The notes under the pieces: model-generated
What the model was told of the DNA's origin: nothing
Databases searched by the model: none
The model's input: only the letters and a program-made list of their open reading frames with translations
Translations under genes and position numbers: made by a program
Assembly (NCBI GenBank): GCA_042216675.1
Contig: JBDGTS010000004.1
Coordinates: 1 to 22,560 of the forward strand
From: Halobacteriaceae archaeon
Lineage (GTDB): Archaea > Halobacteriota > Halobacteria > Halobacteriales > Halobacteriaceae
Reading direction: 5' to 3'
DNA length: 22,560 nucleotides
Part shown: positions 1 to 9,268 of the stretch, one piece after another
How positions within the stretch are numbered: position 1 is the stretch's first letter
Layout: every line of letters begins with the position of its first letter

Positions 1-55
1 GAATCTGCCATGCCGGTTCGCTCACTTCGTTCGCTGCACGGGCGTGGCGGGATTC
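1..55. repeat. Imperfect inverted copy of the tRNA-Arg 3' end enclosing a GTTCGCTCACTTCGTTCGC core (possibly truncated by window start)
   Basis: 1-15 GAATCTGCCATGCCG resembles GAATCCCGCCACGCCCG (reverse complement of 39-55), with two C>T changes and two 1-nt gaps; core at 16-34. Confidence 0.6.
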
Positions 56-111
56 GAACCCGCGATCGAGAGGTTAGGAACCTCTCGCCCTGTCCGCTAG
101 GCCACACGCCC
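39..111 (-). tRNA. tRNA-Arg: tRNA-Arg (anticodon CCT), no intron, CCA not encoded
   Basis: Minus strand GGGCGTG-TG-GCCTAGCGGACAGGGC-GAGAGG-TTCCTAA-CCTCTC-GATC-GCGGG-TTCGAAT-CCCGC-CACGCCC-G folds as a cloverleaf with a canonical T-loop. Confidence 0.96.
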
Positions 112-145
112 CGAGTCGAAACGACGCGGGACGCCGGAAAAACAG

Positions 146-448
146 TTACTCTTGGCTCGTCGAGTCGGAGTCGGTCGAGGTGGTGTCGGTGACCGACGTG
201 TCGGATTCGACGGTCTGCTCGACGTCCTGCGCCGCCTCGTTCACCGTCTCGGAGGCGTCCTGACGCACTTCCTGCAGTTCCTGTTCGATCTCTTCTCGGC
301 CGCGCTGGAACTCACCGAGGGCCTGCCCCGTCGAGCGCGCGAGCTTGGGGATTTTGTTGGCGCCGAACAGCAGCACTGCGATCAACAGCACCAGCACGAT
401 TTCCGGCGTCCCCAGGGTGCCGATGAACAGCGGTAGGTCAAGTCCCAT
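146..448 (-). CDS. tatA: Twin-arginine translocase subunit TatA/E
   Basis: GTPEIVLVLLIAVLLFGANKIPKLARSTGQALGEFQRG: single TM helix, FG hinge, amphipathic helix, acidic tail. Confidence 0.93.
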   Translation of the reverse strand: MGLDLPLFIGTLGTPEIVLVLLIAVLLFGANKIPKLARSTGQALGEFQRGREEIEQELQEVRQDASETVNEAAQDVEQTVESDTSVTDTTSTDSDSTSQE

Positions 449-474
449 CTCTACGCTTTCGTAGCCCGGTGCCA

Positions 475-488
475 GTTATAGGCCTTTT
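475..488 (-). promoter_or_regulatory. Putative BRE/TATA of tatA
   Basis: Minus strand AAAAGGCCTATAAC, with TATA about 27-32 nt upstream of ATG 448. Confidence 0.5.
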
Positions 489-612
489 GCCTCTTTTGAC
501 TGTCTGACACGAGGTCACCGGAAGACGGTGTTCGGACGCCTCACGCGCCCGATTTCCGCGCCGAGCATCGAGCGTAACGACTTTGAGACGGTCGCCCGAA
601 CATGTGCCCACG

Positions 613-1092
613 ATGGTACGCGAAGGCGACGCTGCGCCCGACTTCACGGCACCGCTCGCACACGACGACGACGAGGTCACGCCGTTCACGCTCTCGGACC
701 ACCTCGACGAGGCCCCCCTCGTGCTGGCGTTCTTCCCCGGCGCGTTCACGGGCCCCTGCACGTCCGAGATGAACACGTGGGAGAGCCGACTCGACGAACT
801 GGACGCCGAGGACGCCTCGATTTACGGCGTCAGCGTCGACACGCCGTTCGCGCTGAACGAGTTCCGCGACGTCGAGGGAATCTCCTTCGGCCTCGTCAGC
901 GACACGAACAAGGAGATCATCGACGCCTATGACGTCGAAATCGACTTCGCGGACATGGGCTACTACGGCGTCGCGAACCGCGCTATCTTCGTCCTCGACG
1001 CCGACGGCGTCGTGCAGTACGCGTGGGAAGCCGACGAACCCGGCACCGAACCGGACTACGACGAGGTCATCGACGCCCTCGCCGACATCTGA
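613..1092 (+). CDS. Peroxiredoxin (AhpC/TSA family, 1-Cys, AhpE/BCP-like)
   Basis: GDAAPDF N-terminus, FFPGAFTGPCTSEM (PxxxTxxC), GVSVD, RAIFVLDADG; only one Cys. ATG 613 chosen because TTTGA lies at 582-586. Confidence 0.88.
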   Translation: MVREGDAAPDFTAPLAHDDDEVTPFTLSDHLDEAPLVLAFFPGAFTGPCTSEMNTWESRLDELDAEDASIYGVSVDTPFALNEFRDVEGISFGLVSDTNKEIIDAYDVEIDFADMGYYGVANRAIFVLDADGVVQYAWEADEPGTEPDYDEVIDALADI

Positions 1093-1134
1093 GGCGGCCG
1101 AGGCTTTTTCTCCGCGCCGCCCCTCGGTTCGGGC

Positions 1135-1953
1135 ATGAGCGACACCCAGTCAGAGGACGTCGGCGCGGGCGACAGACACTACGTCCCCGAGGCCGACCAC
1201 GCCTTCCCGGCCGACCGGGCCAACGAGGTCCTCGCGTTTCTCGCCGAGGACCCCGAGGTGCAGGCGTACCTCGAGGCCCAGAACGTCAACCCCGTGGACA
1301 GACTGGGGTACAACGACCACGGCGCCAAGCACATCGAAATCGTGCGCAACCGCGCGCTCTGTCTCTACGACCTGCTGAAGGCGGGCGGCGTCGCGTTCGA
1401 CGCGGCCGAACAGGGCCTCGACGAGGCGGACGAGGCGGTCATCATCGCCCTCGCGGCGACGCTCCACGACATCGGCCACATCGTCCACCGTGACGACCAC
1501 GCCTACTGGTCGATTCCCCTCGCCGCAGACGTCCTCGACCGCATCCTGCCGGAGTTCTACGACGCGCCCGACACGGTGCGGGTCAAGGCCGAAGTCCTAC
1601 ACGCCATCCTCTGTCACCACACCGAGGAGGACCCACTCACCGCCGAGGCGGGCGTCATCCGCATCGCCGACGGCCTCGACATGGAGCGTGGCCGCTCGCG
1701 CATTCCCTACGCGGAGGGGAGCCGCGGCATCAACACCATCTCCAGTCAGGCCATCGAGCGCGTCAGCCTGCAACCCGGCGACGAGACGCCCGTCCTCGTG
1801 GAAATCGAGATGCGAAACGCCGCCGGCGTGTATCAGGTGGACAACCTCCTGAAGGAGAAACTCCGCGACTCCGGGCTTGCGGAGTACGTCACCATCGTCG
1901 GCCTGAACACCAGCACCGACGAGAACCAGTTGGTCGAGCGCATCGAACTGTAG
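1135..1953 (+). CDS. HD-domain metal-dependent phosphohydrolase
   Basis: NDHGAKH...ATLHDIGH...CHH...IADGLD: H..HD..D metal ligands; acidic composition. Confidence 0.85.
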   Translation: MSDTQSEDVGAGDRHYVPEADHAFPADRANEVLAFLAEDPEVQAYLEAQNVNPVDRLGYNDHGAKHIEIVRNRALCLYDLLKAGGVAFDAAEQGLDEADEAVIIALAATLHDIGHIVHRDDHAYWSIPLAADVLDRILPEFYDAPDTVRVKAEVLHAILCHHTEEDPLTAEAGVIRIADGLDMERGRSRIPYAEGSRGINTISSQAIERVSLQPGDETPVLVEIEMRNAAGVYQVDNLLKEKLRDSGLAEYVTIVGLNTSTDENQLVERIEL

Positions 1954-2011
1954 CCGGCAATCACGCCCGGAAGCCGCGCCCTCAAGCGCGCCCTCGTCAA
2001 ACGGCGCGCCA

Positions 2012-3295
2012 GTGAGCAACCTCGCGCTCTTCCGGGACCGCGAGTTCCTCGCGCTGGCGGGCACGGCGTTCGCCCGGAGCCAAGCGTACTCGACGATTCT
2101 CATCGCCTTGGCGCTGTACGCCGACCTGTTCAACACCTCCGGCGTCGTCGAGGGGCTGTTCGGGACGGGGTTCGCCCTCGTGCAGTTGCTCATCGTCCTC
2201 CCACTCGGGCGCGCGGTGGACACCGGCAACGCCAAGCGCTACCTGCTCGCGGGCCTCGCGCTGAACGTCGTCGTCTTCTTCGGCTTCCTGCTGGTGACGA
2301 GTCCCACCGACATCGTCCTCGTCCGCGTCGTGCAGGGCCTCGCGGCTAGCGTCCTCTGGGTGACTGGCTCCTCCGTCGTGGGGGAAATCAGCCCCGAGGG
2401 GTCCCGGGGCCGGTGGCTCGGCACCTACAATCAGGTGGGGGCGTTCTCCAGTCTCGCCGGCGACGTGGTGGGTGGCTATCTCCTCCACGTCCACGGCTTC
2501 TCGTTCACCTACGTCGTCCTCGCCGGCATCACGGTGGCGGCGTTCGTTCTCGTGTTGGGCTTCCTGCGCACGAACCCCGGCGGGCAGATGGACCCCGAGG
2601 ACGCCACGCACGTCGAGACGATCCGGGACCTGCTCAATCAGCGGATGGTGCGCTCGCTCGTTCTGTTCCGCGTGGCGTTCAGCGTCGGCAAGATGGCTGT
2701 CATCATCTTCCTCCCCATCTACGCCCGCAAGGAGTTCGGCATCAACGCCTTCGCCATCGGCGGCATCCTCGCGGGCGGCAAACTCACGAAGTCGCTCCTG
2801 CAGGGCTACGTCGGCGACGTGACCGACCGCTCGGGCGCGCGCCACCGCTTCGTCGTCGCCGGTGCGCTCCTGTACGCCGTCGGCGTCGCGCTCATCCCGA
2901 TGGCGGGCCCGGTGAACGCCGCCGTCGGCGACATCTCAGTTCGGGCGCTCGGCCGCGGGCTGACCGTCTCGGGCGCGTTCGCGTCGATGTTCGTCTCCTT
3001 CGGGATTCTCGGCGTCGCCGACAGCCTCCGCCTTCCCGCCAGCATGGCACTCTTCGTCGAGGAGGGCGAGGCGTTCGACTCCGTCGCCAGCAGTATGTCG
3101 CTTCGCTCCATCTCGTGGAAGTTCGGACAGGTCGCCGGACCCGTCACGATCGGGTTGGTGCGGGACGTGGTGTCGTGGCTCTGGGCGTTCTGGGTCGCCT
3201 CGGGACTGGTCCTCGTCGCCACCGCCATCTTCCTGCTCTCGCATCGCCGAGGCGCGATTCCGGCGCGGGACCCCGCCCCCGACCCGGGTGACTGA
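2012..3295 (+). CDS. MFS transporter (substrate unknown)
   Basis: About 12 hydrophobic segments; motif A-like GRAVDTGNAKR and GDVTDRSGAR; GTG start. Confidence 0.88.
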   Translation: MSNLALFRDREFLALAGTAFARSQAYSTILIALALYADLFNTSGVVEGLFGTGFALVQLLIVLPLGRAVDTGNAKRYLLAGLALNVVVFFGFLLVTSPTDIVLVRVVQGLAASVLWVTGSSVVGEISPEGSRGRWLGTYNQVGAFSSLAGDVVGGYLLHVHGFSFTYVVLAGITVAAFVLVLGFLRTNPGGQMDPEDATHVETIRDLLNQRMVRSLVLFRVAFSVGKMAVIIFLPIYARKEFGINAFAIGGILAGGKLTKSLLQGYVGDVTDRSGARHRFVVAGALLYAVGVALIPMAGPVNAAVGDISVRALGRGLTVSGAFASMFVSFGILGVADSLRLPASMALFVEEGEAFDSVASSMSLRSISWKFGQVAGPVTIGLVRDVVSWLWAFWVASGLVLVATAIFLLSHRRGAIPARDPAPDPGD

Positions 3296-3332
3296 CCACA
3301 AGGTTTTGTGCCCGCCCCGCGCGGGGACCGGT

Positions 3333-4100
3333 ATGGCACGCATCGCAGTCACCGGCGCCGCCGGGAGCGTCGGCCGCACGACGCTCGCGGCCTTCGAGGA
3401 CACCGACCACGACGTGACGCCCGTCACGCACCGCGAACGGGACCTCGACTCCATCGTGTTGGAAGTCGAGGACCGCGACGCCGTCGCCGACGCCCTCGCC
3501 GGCCACGACGCCGTCATCCACCTCGCGGGCAACCCCTCGCCCGACGCGGAGTGGGACGGGGTGCTCGGTCCGAACGTCGACGGCACGTACAGCGTCTACG
3601 AGGCGGCCGTCGAACACGGCCTCGATAGGGTCGTCTTCGCGAGTACCAACCACGTCCACCAGTACTACAACGCCGACGACCCCGAGCGGCCGGAGTCGCT
3701 GGTCGAGCGACCACGGGCCGTCGCGCCCGACGAACCCGCGCGGCCGGACTCCTACTACGCCGTCTCGAAAGTCGCGGGCGAGGCGCTTGGCACCCACTAC
3801 GCCGATAAACACGGCGTCGAGGTGGTGAACCTCCGCATCGGGTGGCTCCTCTCGCCCGAGGAACTCCGCGAGGAACAGACCGAGGACGAGAGTCACGCCC
3901 GGTACGCCCGGGCGATGTGGCTCAGCCCGCGGGACTGTCGTCACGCGATGCGCCGGGCGGTCGAGGCGGACCTGCCGGAGAACCCGCTCTCGGTGAATCT
4001 CACCTCCGCGAACCGCGAGCACTACCTCTCGCTGACGAAGACCCGTCGCGCCCTCGACTACGCGCCCCGCGACGACTCAGCGGAGACGCTCGATTTGTAG
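3333..4100 (+). CDS. Extended SDR, NAD-dependent sugar/uronate dehydrogenase-like
   Basis: TGAAGSVG Rossmann motif, IHLAG, FASTNH, YAVSK (YxxxK), NLRIG, MWLSPRD, typical of the uronate dehydrogenase / haloarchaeal L-arabinose and Glc6P (Azf) dehydrogenase group. ATG 3333 with TTTTG about 29 nt upstream. Confidence 0.85.
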   Translation: MARIAVTGAAGSVGRTTLAAFEDTDHDVTPVTHRERDLDSIVLEVEDRDAVADALAGHDAVIHLAGNPSPDAEWDGVLGPNVDGTYSVYEAAVEHGLDRVVFASTNHVHQYYNADDPERPESLVERPRAVAPDEPARPDSYYAVSKVAGEALGTHYADKHGVEVVNLRIGWLLSPEELREEQTEDESHARYARAMWLSPRDCRHAMRRAVEADLPENPLSVNLTSANREHYLSLTKTRRALDYAPRDDSAETLDL

Positions 4101-4837
4101 GCGTCGGGGTGGAGATGCGCCGCCAACCACTCGATGCCGTCAACGAGCGACGGACTCGGCTGATTGAAGTGGTCGTCGCGCGCGACGTGGACGGCGCCCC
4201 GTTCGACGGCGGGGACGTCCCACCCACGCTCCGTCATCGATTCGGGGGCCACCGCCTCGCCCTCGCCGCAGACGTGGAGGACGACGTGCGCCGGGGCGGC
4301 GGCCTCGACCCTCGATTGGTCGACTTCGCGCGACCGCTCTCCCGCCTCGACGAACGGGTAGCGCCCGCCGGCCGCCCGGACCACGTCGGGAACCCAGTTC
4401 CCCGCCACCATCGGCGGGTCCTGCCACTCCTCACAGTAGACGACCGGTCGCTCGCGTCCGGCGACGGCGTCCTCGACGGCCGCGATTCGCGCTCTGCAGT
4501 CCGCCGCGAGGTCGCGCGCCCGGTCGCCGAGTCCCGCCGCGGCCCCGACCGCCGTCATCGCGTCGAGAGCCTCGTCGAGCGTCGCCGGTTCGACGTGACA
4601 CGTATCGAAGCCACGTTCTCGCAGGTCCGCGTGAATCTCTGCCTGCAGGGGGTCGGCCGTCACCACGAGGTCCGGGTCGCGGGCGGCGACGGCGTCGTAG
4701 TCGGGCGTCAGCCACCCGCCGACGCTCGGCGCGTCGGCGTCACAGTGGTCGGTGACGCCCACGAGCCGGTCCGCGGCGTCGAGTGCCACGAGCGTCGCCG
4801 TCGCACTCGGCGCCAAGGAGACGATTCGGTCGCTCAT
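4058..4837 (-). CDS. BtuF-like (cobalamin/siderophore-type) binding-fold protein without signal peptide
   Basis: RIVSLAPSAT..LVGVTDHC, VAARDPDLVV, FNQPSPSLVDGIE match class III (helical backbone) substrate-binding proteins. Confidence 0.8.
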   Translation of the reverse strand: MSDRIVSLAPSATATLVALDAADRLVGVTDHCDADAPSVGGWLTPDYDAVAARDPDLVVTADPLQAEIHADLRERGFDTCHVEPATLDEALDAMTAVGAAAGLGDRARDLAADCRARIAAVEDAVAGRERPVVYCEEWQDPPMVAGNWVPDVVRAAGGRYPFVEAGERSREVDQSRVEAAAPAHVVLHVCGEGEAVAPESMTERGWDVPAVERGAVHVARDDHFNQPSPSLVDGIEWLAAHLHPDAYKSSVSAESSRGA

Positions 4838-4838
4838 C

Positions 4839-5837
4839 TCAGAACTGCGGCATCACTTCGTCGCCGAACAGTTCCATGCCGCGCGTCTCGGGATAGTCCA
4901 CGAACATCAGTTGGAGTTTCTCGAAGCCGAGCGCCCGAATCTCCTCGATTTCGGCCGCCACCTCCGCGGGCGTGCCGACGAGGAACTGCCCCTTCTCGCG
5001 GGCGTCCTCGGGACCGGAGAGGTCCTCGTCCATGTCCGACTCCTCGCCCCACGGGAGCGGGAAGACGCGGTCCGCGACGTCCTCGACGGTCTGTTGGTCC
5101 TCCCGGACGAGGACGTGGGCGAGCCACGACCGCTCCACGTCGTCGGGGTCCCGCCCCTCCTCGCGGAGGTACTCGTCGAACTTCTCGGCCTTGAACTCGA
5201 TGGGCGGACCGCGGTTGCGCGCGCTGATTTCGACGTTCCACTCGTCGGCGTGGCGGGCGGCGAGGCGGAGCATCCGGGGCCCCGCGCCGCCGATGACGAT
5301 TGGCGGGCCGCCGTCCTGTGCGGGTTTGGGTTCGTTGAACGCGTCCTCGATTCGGTAGTGGTCGCCCGCGAAGTCGGGGGCGTCCTCGGTGAACATCGCC
5401 TCACAGACCTGCAGGCCCTCTTCGAGCATGTCGATGCGCGTGTTCACGTCGGGGAAGTCGTAGCCGTAGGCGGCGTGTTCCTCCTCGTGCCACCCCGCCC
5501 CGAGGCCGAGGCGGAGGCGCCCGCCGGAGAGGTTGTCCACCGTCGTCGCCATCTTCGCGAGGAGCGCCGGATTGCGGTACGTGATGGACCCGACGAGGGG
5601 GCCGATGTCTACGTCGTCCGTTCGCTCGGCGACGGCGGAGAGGAACGTCCACACCTCGTACTCCTGTTTCTTCGGGCCGAGCATGAAGTGGTCGGGCGCC
5701 CAGATGCCGCCCATCCCCACGTCTTCGGCCACGTCGACGGCGCGCATCGTCGTCTCGCGGTCGAGGTCGTCCACCAGCGGATAGTCGCGGTGGACGCCGG
5801 CCCCGGCGTACGCGGGGGCCATGAGGTCGAACTGCAT
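4839..5837 (-). CDS. LLM-class (luciferase-like) flavin/F420-dependent oxidoreductase
   Basis: IWAPDHF, YRNPALLAKMATTVDNLSGGRLRLGLGAGW.EEE..AYG, PPIVIGGAGPRMLRLAARHADEWN; ATG at 5837. Confidence 0.9.
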   Translation of the reverse strand: MQFDLMAPAYAGAGVHRDYPLVDDLDRETTMRAVDVAEDVGMGGIWAPDHFMLGPKKQEYEVWTFLSAVAERTDDVDIGPLVGSITYRNPALLAKMATTVDNLSGGRLRLGLGAGWHEEEHAAYGYDFPDVNTRIDMLEEGLQVCEAMFTEDAPDFAGDHYRIEDAFNEPKPAQDGGPPIVIGGAGPRMLRLAARHADEWNVEISARNRGPPIEFKAEKFDEYLREEGRDPDDVERSWLAHVLVREDQQTVEDVADRVFPLPWGEESDMDEDLSGPEDAREKGQFLVGTPAEVAAEIEEIRALGFEKLQLMFVDYPETRGMELFGDEVMPQF

Positions 5838-5861
5838 ACGAAAACCGACCGGCACCACTGC

Positions 5862-6902
5862 CTAAGCGTTTGTGGTGTCCACGACGACGCGCCCGACGCG
5901 TTCGTCGCTGTCGCGAACGAGGTCCACGCCGTCCTGCACGTCGTCGAGGCTCACCTCGTGTGTGAGCGTCGGCGAGACGTCCACGGTGTCGCGCCCGAGG
6001 AGCGTCAGCACCTCCTGCAGTTCCGAGCGCCGATGGTCGCCGGACACGCGGAGTTGCCCCTCGCGCACGTCGTCGAAGCCGACGCTGATGTCCTCCGTCT
6101 GGATGCCGACGCTGACGACGGTGCCGGACTCGTAGCTGTTTGCCCCGTTGACGGCGTCGACGGCGTCCGCCATCGCATCGGGCGACCCCGAGCACTCGAC
6201 GGCGACGTCAGCGCCCCACCCGTCCGTCGCCGCGGCGATGCGGTCGAGAACGTCGTGACGCTCCGGGTTGAGGGTCAGGTCGGCCCCGTACTCGACGGCG
6301 GCGTCGAGTTGGGCGTCCTGTACGTCCACGGCGACGACCTGACTCGCGCCCCGGACAGTCGCCCACAGCACCGCGTGGAGGCCCACGCCGCCCGCGCCGA
6401 ACACGACGACGGAGTCGCCGGGCGTCACGTCTGCGCGTTCGAGAGCGTGGTACCCCGTCGCCACCGCACAGCCAGCGACTGCCCCCTCGGCGACGGAGAC
6501 GCTGTCGGGCAGTGCCAGCACCGACCGCTCGGGGACGGCGACGTACTCGGCGAAGGTGCCGTCGACGTGGTGGCCCACGGAGTCGCGGTTGCGACAGCGG
6601 TTGTCGTTGCCCCGCGAGCAGGGCCGGCAGGTGCCACAGGACTCGATGTAGTGAATGGCGACTCGGTCGCCCGTCTCGACGGACGCCACGGCGTCGCCGA
6701 CGGCGCTGACGACGCCCGCGCCCTCGTGGCCCAGCGTGATGGGTGCCGTCGCGGGCGCTGTCTTGCCGTCCAGATAGTTCACGTCGCTTCCGCAGATGCT
6801 CGCCGCCTGCACGTCGACGAGTACCTCGTCGCTCCCGATGCTCGGTCGTTCGACGTCCTCGACGCGCAAGTCGCCGACGCCGTGGAACCGCGCGGCTCTC
6901 AT
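5862..6902 (-). CDS. Zn-dependent medium-chain alcohol/sugar dehydrogenase
   Basis: ICGSD, LGHEGAG, structural Zn CGTCRPC-x7-C, GAGGVG, Asp at the end of the second Rossmann strand (NAD preference). Confidence 0.92.
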   Translation of the reverse strand: MRAARFHGVGDLRVEDVERPSIGSDEVLVDVQAASICGSDVNYLDGKTAPATAPITLGHEGAGVVSAVGDAVASVETGDRVAIHYIESCGTCRPCSRGNDNRCRNRDSVGHHVDGTFAEYVAVPERSVLALPDSVSVAEGAVAGCAVATGYHALERADVTPGDSVVVFGAGGVGLHAVLWATVRGASQVVAVDVQDAQLDAAVEYGADLTLNPERHDVLDRIAAATDGWGADVAVECSGSPDAMADAVDAVNGANSYESGTVVSVGIQTEDISVGFDDVREGQLRVSGDHRRSELQEVLTLLGRDTVDVSPTLTHEVSLDDVQDGVDLVRDSDERVGRVVVDTTNA

Positions 6903-6923
6903 ACGTGCCCGCTCGGCGGGCAG

Positions 6924-9230
6924 TCAATTAACCGCTGGGGTCACCCGGTACGTCTCGCCTGCCGTCGTGTCGAAGACGAGCGCACCGTCCTCGCGTGCGG
7001 CGGCCACGCTCTCGCCGCCGTCCGTCTCGACGGCGAGTTCGGGGTCGGCCCGGACCCGACAGCGCTCGCCGGATCCGGAGCGAAGTTCCGCCTCGTCCAG
7101 CGTCCCATCGGACCACGCCACGTCCACCTCGAAGTCGCCGCGGGCGCGCAGACCCGAGACGGACCCCTCGCCCCACGCGTCGGGGAGCGCCGGCAGCAGA
7201 CGAATCGTCCCGGCGTGGCTCCCGACGAGCATCTCCGCGACGCCCGCGGTGCCGCCGAAGTTACCGTCGATTTGGAACGGCGGGTGAAGGTCGAAGAGGT
7301 TCGGTGCGGTGGACTCGACGAGCAGTTTCCGAACGTGGTCGTGGGCGCGTTCGCCGTCACCGTGTCGAGCGAACTGGTTTATCGTCCACGCGGCGCTCCA
7401 CCCGGTGTGCCCGCCGCCGTGGTCGAGGCGCCGTTCGAGCGACGTGCGCGCCGCGTCGGCGAGGTCGGGCGTGTCGCGCGGCGTGATCTGGTCGCTCGGG
7501 TGGAGCCCGTAGAGATGGGAGATGTGGCGGTGGCCGGGGTCCGCCTCCTCGTAGTCGCGTATCCACTCCTGCAGTTGGCCATCGGCGCCGATTTGCATCG
7601 GTGGCAAGCGCTCGCGCGCGGCCAGCAGTTCTTCGTGGAACGACTCGGCGACGCCGAGAATCTCCGCCGCGGCCGCGCAGTGGTCGAACAGGTCCCGCAC
7701 CAACTGCACGTCCATCGTCGGCGCGTAGGTGACGGCGGCCTCCTGTCCGTCCGCGGTGACGTACGTGTTCTCGGGCGACATCGAGGGCGCGGTGACGAGG
7801 CAGTCCTCCGTGGGGTGTTCGACGAGGAAGTCGAGGACGAACGCGCTCGCCTCGCGCAGGATTGGGTACGCCGTCTGCCGGAGATACTGCTCGTCTCGGG
7901 TGAACGCGTAGTGGTCCCAGACGAGACGGGAGAGCCACGCGGGTGCCATCGGCCAGAGGCCCCACCGTGCGCCGTCGACGGGCGCCACGCTCCGCCAGAG
8001 GTCGGAGTTGTGGTGAGCGACGAAGCCGTCACAACCGTAGTGAGTTTCGGCCGCTTCCCGGCCCGGCCCCCGGAGTTCGTCCACGAAGTCGTACAGCGGC
8101 TCGGCACACTCCGCGAGGTTCGTCTGGACCGCCGGCCAGTAGTTCATCTCCAGATTGACGTTCAGCGTGTAGCCGCTGTTCCACGGGGGCTCGAACTCCT
8201 GATTCCAGACGCCCTGCAGAGTTGCGGGTTCCGTACCGGGCCGAGAGCTGCCGAGCAGCAGATAACGGCCGAACTGGAAGTAGAGCGCCGCGAGGTGCGG
8301 GTCCTCCGCGCCGTCGGCGACGCGTTCGAGTCGCTCGTCGGTCGGCAGGTCCACGGGGTCCCCGAGGTCCAGTTCGACCCGCTCGAACAGCGCGCGGTGG
8401 TCGGCGACGTGGGCGCGCCGCACGTCGCCGTACGGGCGAGCGCAGGCGGTTTCGAGGACGTCCTCGCAGGCGGCGGTGGGGTCCTCGGTTTCGTGTCCGG
8501 TGAAGCCCGTGAGGACGACGGTGACGCTGTCGGCGCCCGTCACCGCGATGGCCCCGTCCTCGGCAGTCACGGCGCCCCCCGGCGCGTCGACGCGGGCCTG
8601 TGCCTCGAAGCGCATCCCCCACCCGCCTTCGCCCCTGTCACCGTCGGAGGGCGGGTCGGAAATCGACCCCCGGAGATACACCGTGTCCGCGACGGCCGCG
8701 GCCTGCGCGTCGCGTTCACGGGCGAGGCGCACCGTCGCGTCCACGTCGTCGGGGCCGTCGGCTGTGAGGCGGACGACGATGGCGTCGTCAGGCGCCGAGA
8801 CGAGGTACTCGCGGACGTACGTCGTCCCCTCGTGGTCGTAGCGGACGCGCTTGACGCCCGCCGCGAGGTCGAGTTCCCGGCGGTAGTCCGTCACGTCACC
8901 GTGGCCCACGTCGATTGTGAGGTCGCCGAACGTCTGGTACGGCCGCAGTCGCATCGGATCGCCCATCAACTTCTCCTCGGCGAGCGACTGCGCGGCCGCC
9001 ACTTCGCCGTCGAAGAGCAGTTCGCGCACCGCGTCCAGATGCTCGCGGGCGACGGGGGTCGTCCGGTCCTCGTGGCCGCCGGCCCACAGCGTGTCGGCGT
9101 TGAACTGGACCCGGTCGGTGTCGGGGTCCCCGAACGCCATCGCGCCGAGGCGGCCGTTCCCGAGCGGGAGGGCCTCCAGCCACTCCGACGCGGGGGCGTC
9201 GTACCACGTCGTCGTGTGGGGGTCGAACAT
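6924..9230 (-). CDS. Glycoside hydrolase family 95 (alpha-L-fucosidase / alpha-L-galactosidase-like), cytoplasmic
   Basis: [59 protein letters not shown] are GH95 hallmarks; no Sec/Tat signal. Confidence 0.93.
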   Translation of the reverse strand: MFDPHTTTWYDAPASEWLEALPLGNGRLGAMAFGDPDTDRVQFNADTLWAGGHEDRTTPVAREHLDAVRELLFDGEVAAAQSLAEEKLMGDPMRLRPYQTFGDLTIDVGHGDVTDYRRELDLAAGVKRVRYDHEGTTYVREYLVSAPDDAIVVRLTADGPDDVDATVRLARERDAQAAAVADTVYLRGSISDPPSDGDRGEGGWGMRFEAQARVDAPGGAVTAEDGAIAVTGADSVTVVLTGFTGHETEDPTAACEDVLETACARPYGDVRRAHVADHRALFERVELDLGDPVDLPTDERLERVADGAEDPHLAALYFQFGRYLLLGSSRPGTEPATLQGVWNQEFEPPWNSGYTLNVNLEMNYWPAVQTNLAECAEPLYDFVDELRGPGREAAETHYGCDGFVAHHNSDLWRSVAPVDGARWGLWPMAPAWLSRLVWDHYAFTRDEQYLRQTAYPILREASAFVLDFLVEHPTEDCLVTAPSMSPENTYVTADGQEAAVTYAPTMDVQLVRDLFDHCAAAAEILGVAESFHEELLAARERLPPMQIGADGQLQEWIRDYEEADPGHRHISHLYGLHPSDQITPRDTPDLADAARTSLERRLDHGGGHTGWSAAWTINQFARHGDGERAHDHVRKLLVESTAPNLFDLHPPFQIDGNFGGTAGVAEMLVGSHAGTIRLLPALPDAWGEGSVSGLRARGDFEVDVAWSDGTLDEAELRSGSGERCRVRADPELAVETDGGESVAAAREDGALVFDTTAGETYRVTPAVN

Positions 9231-9268
9231 ACTCCCGGATGGCGCACTGGCCGCTTAACTGTCCGGGG

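Noticed and set aside
10-192. 60-aa ORF at window start
   Set aside because: Overlaps tRNA-Arg antisense and the tatA end; basic, non-haloarchaeal composition.
451-464. Small hairpin CTACG-CTTT-CGTAG just upstream of tatA
   Set aside because: A 5-bp stem is within chance expectation; no supporting second copy.
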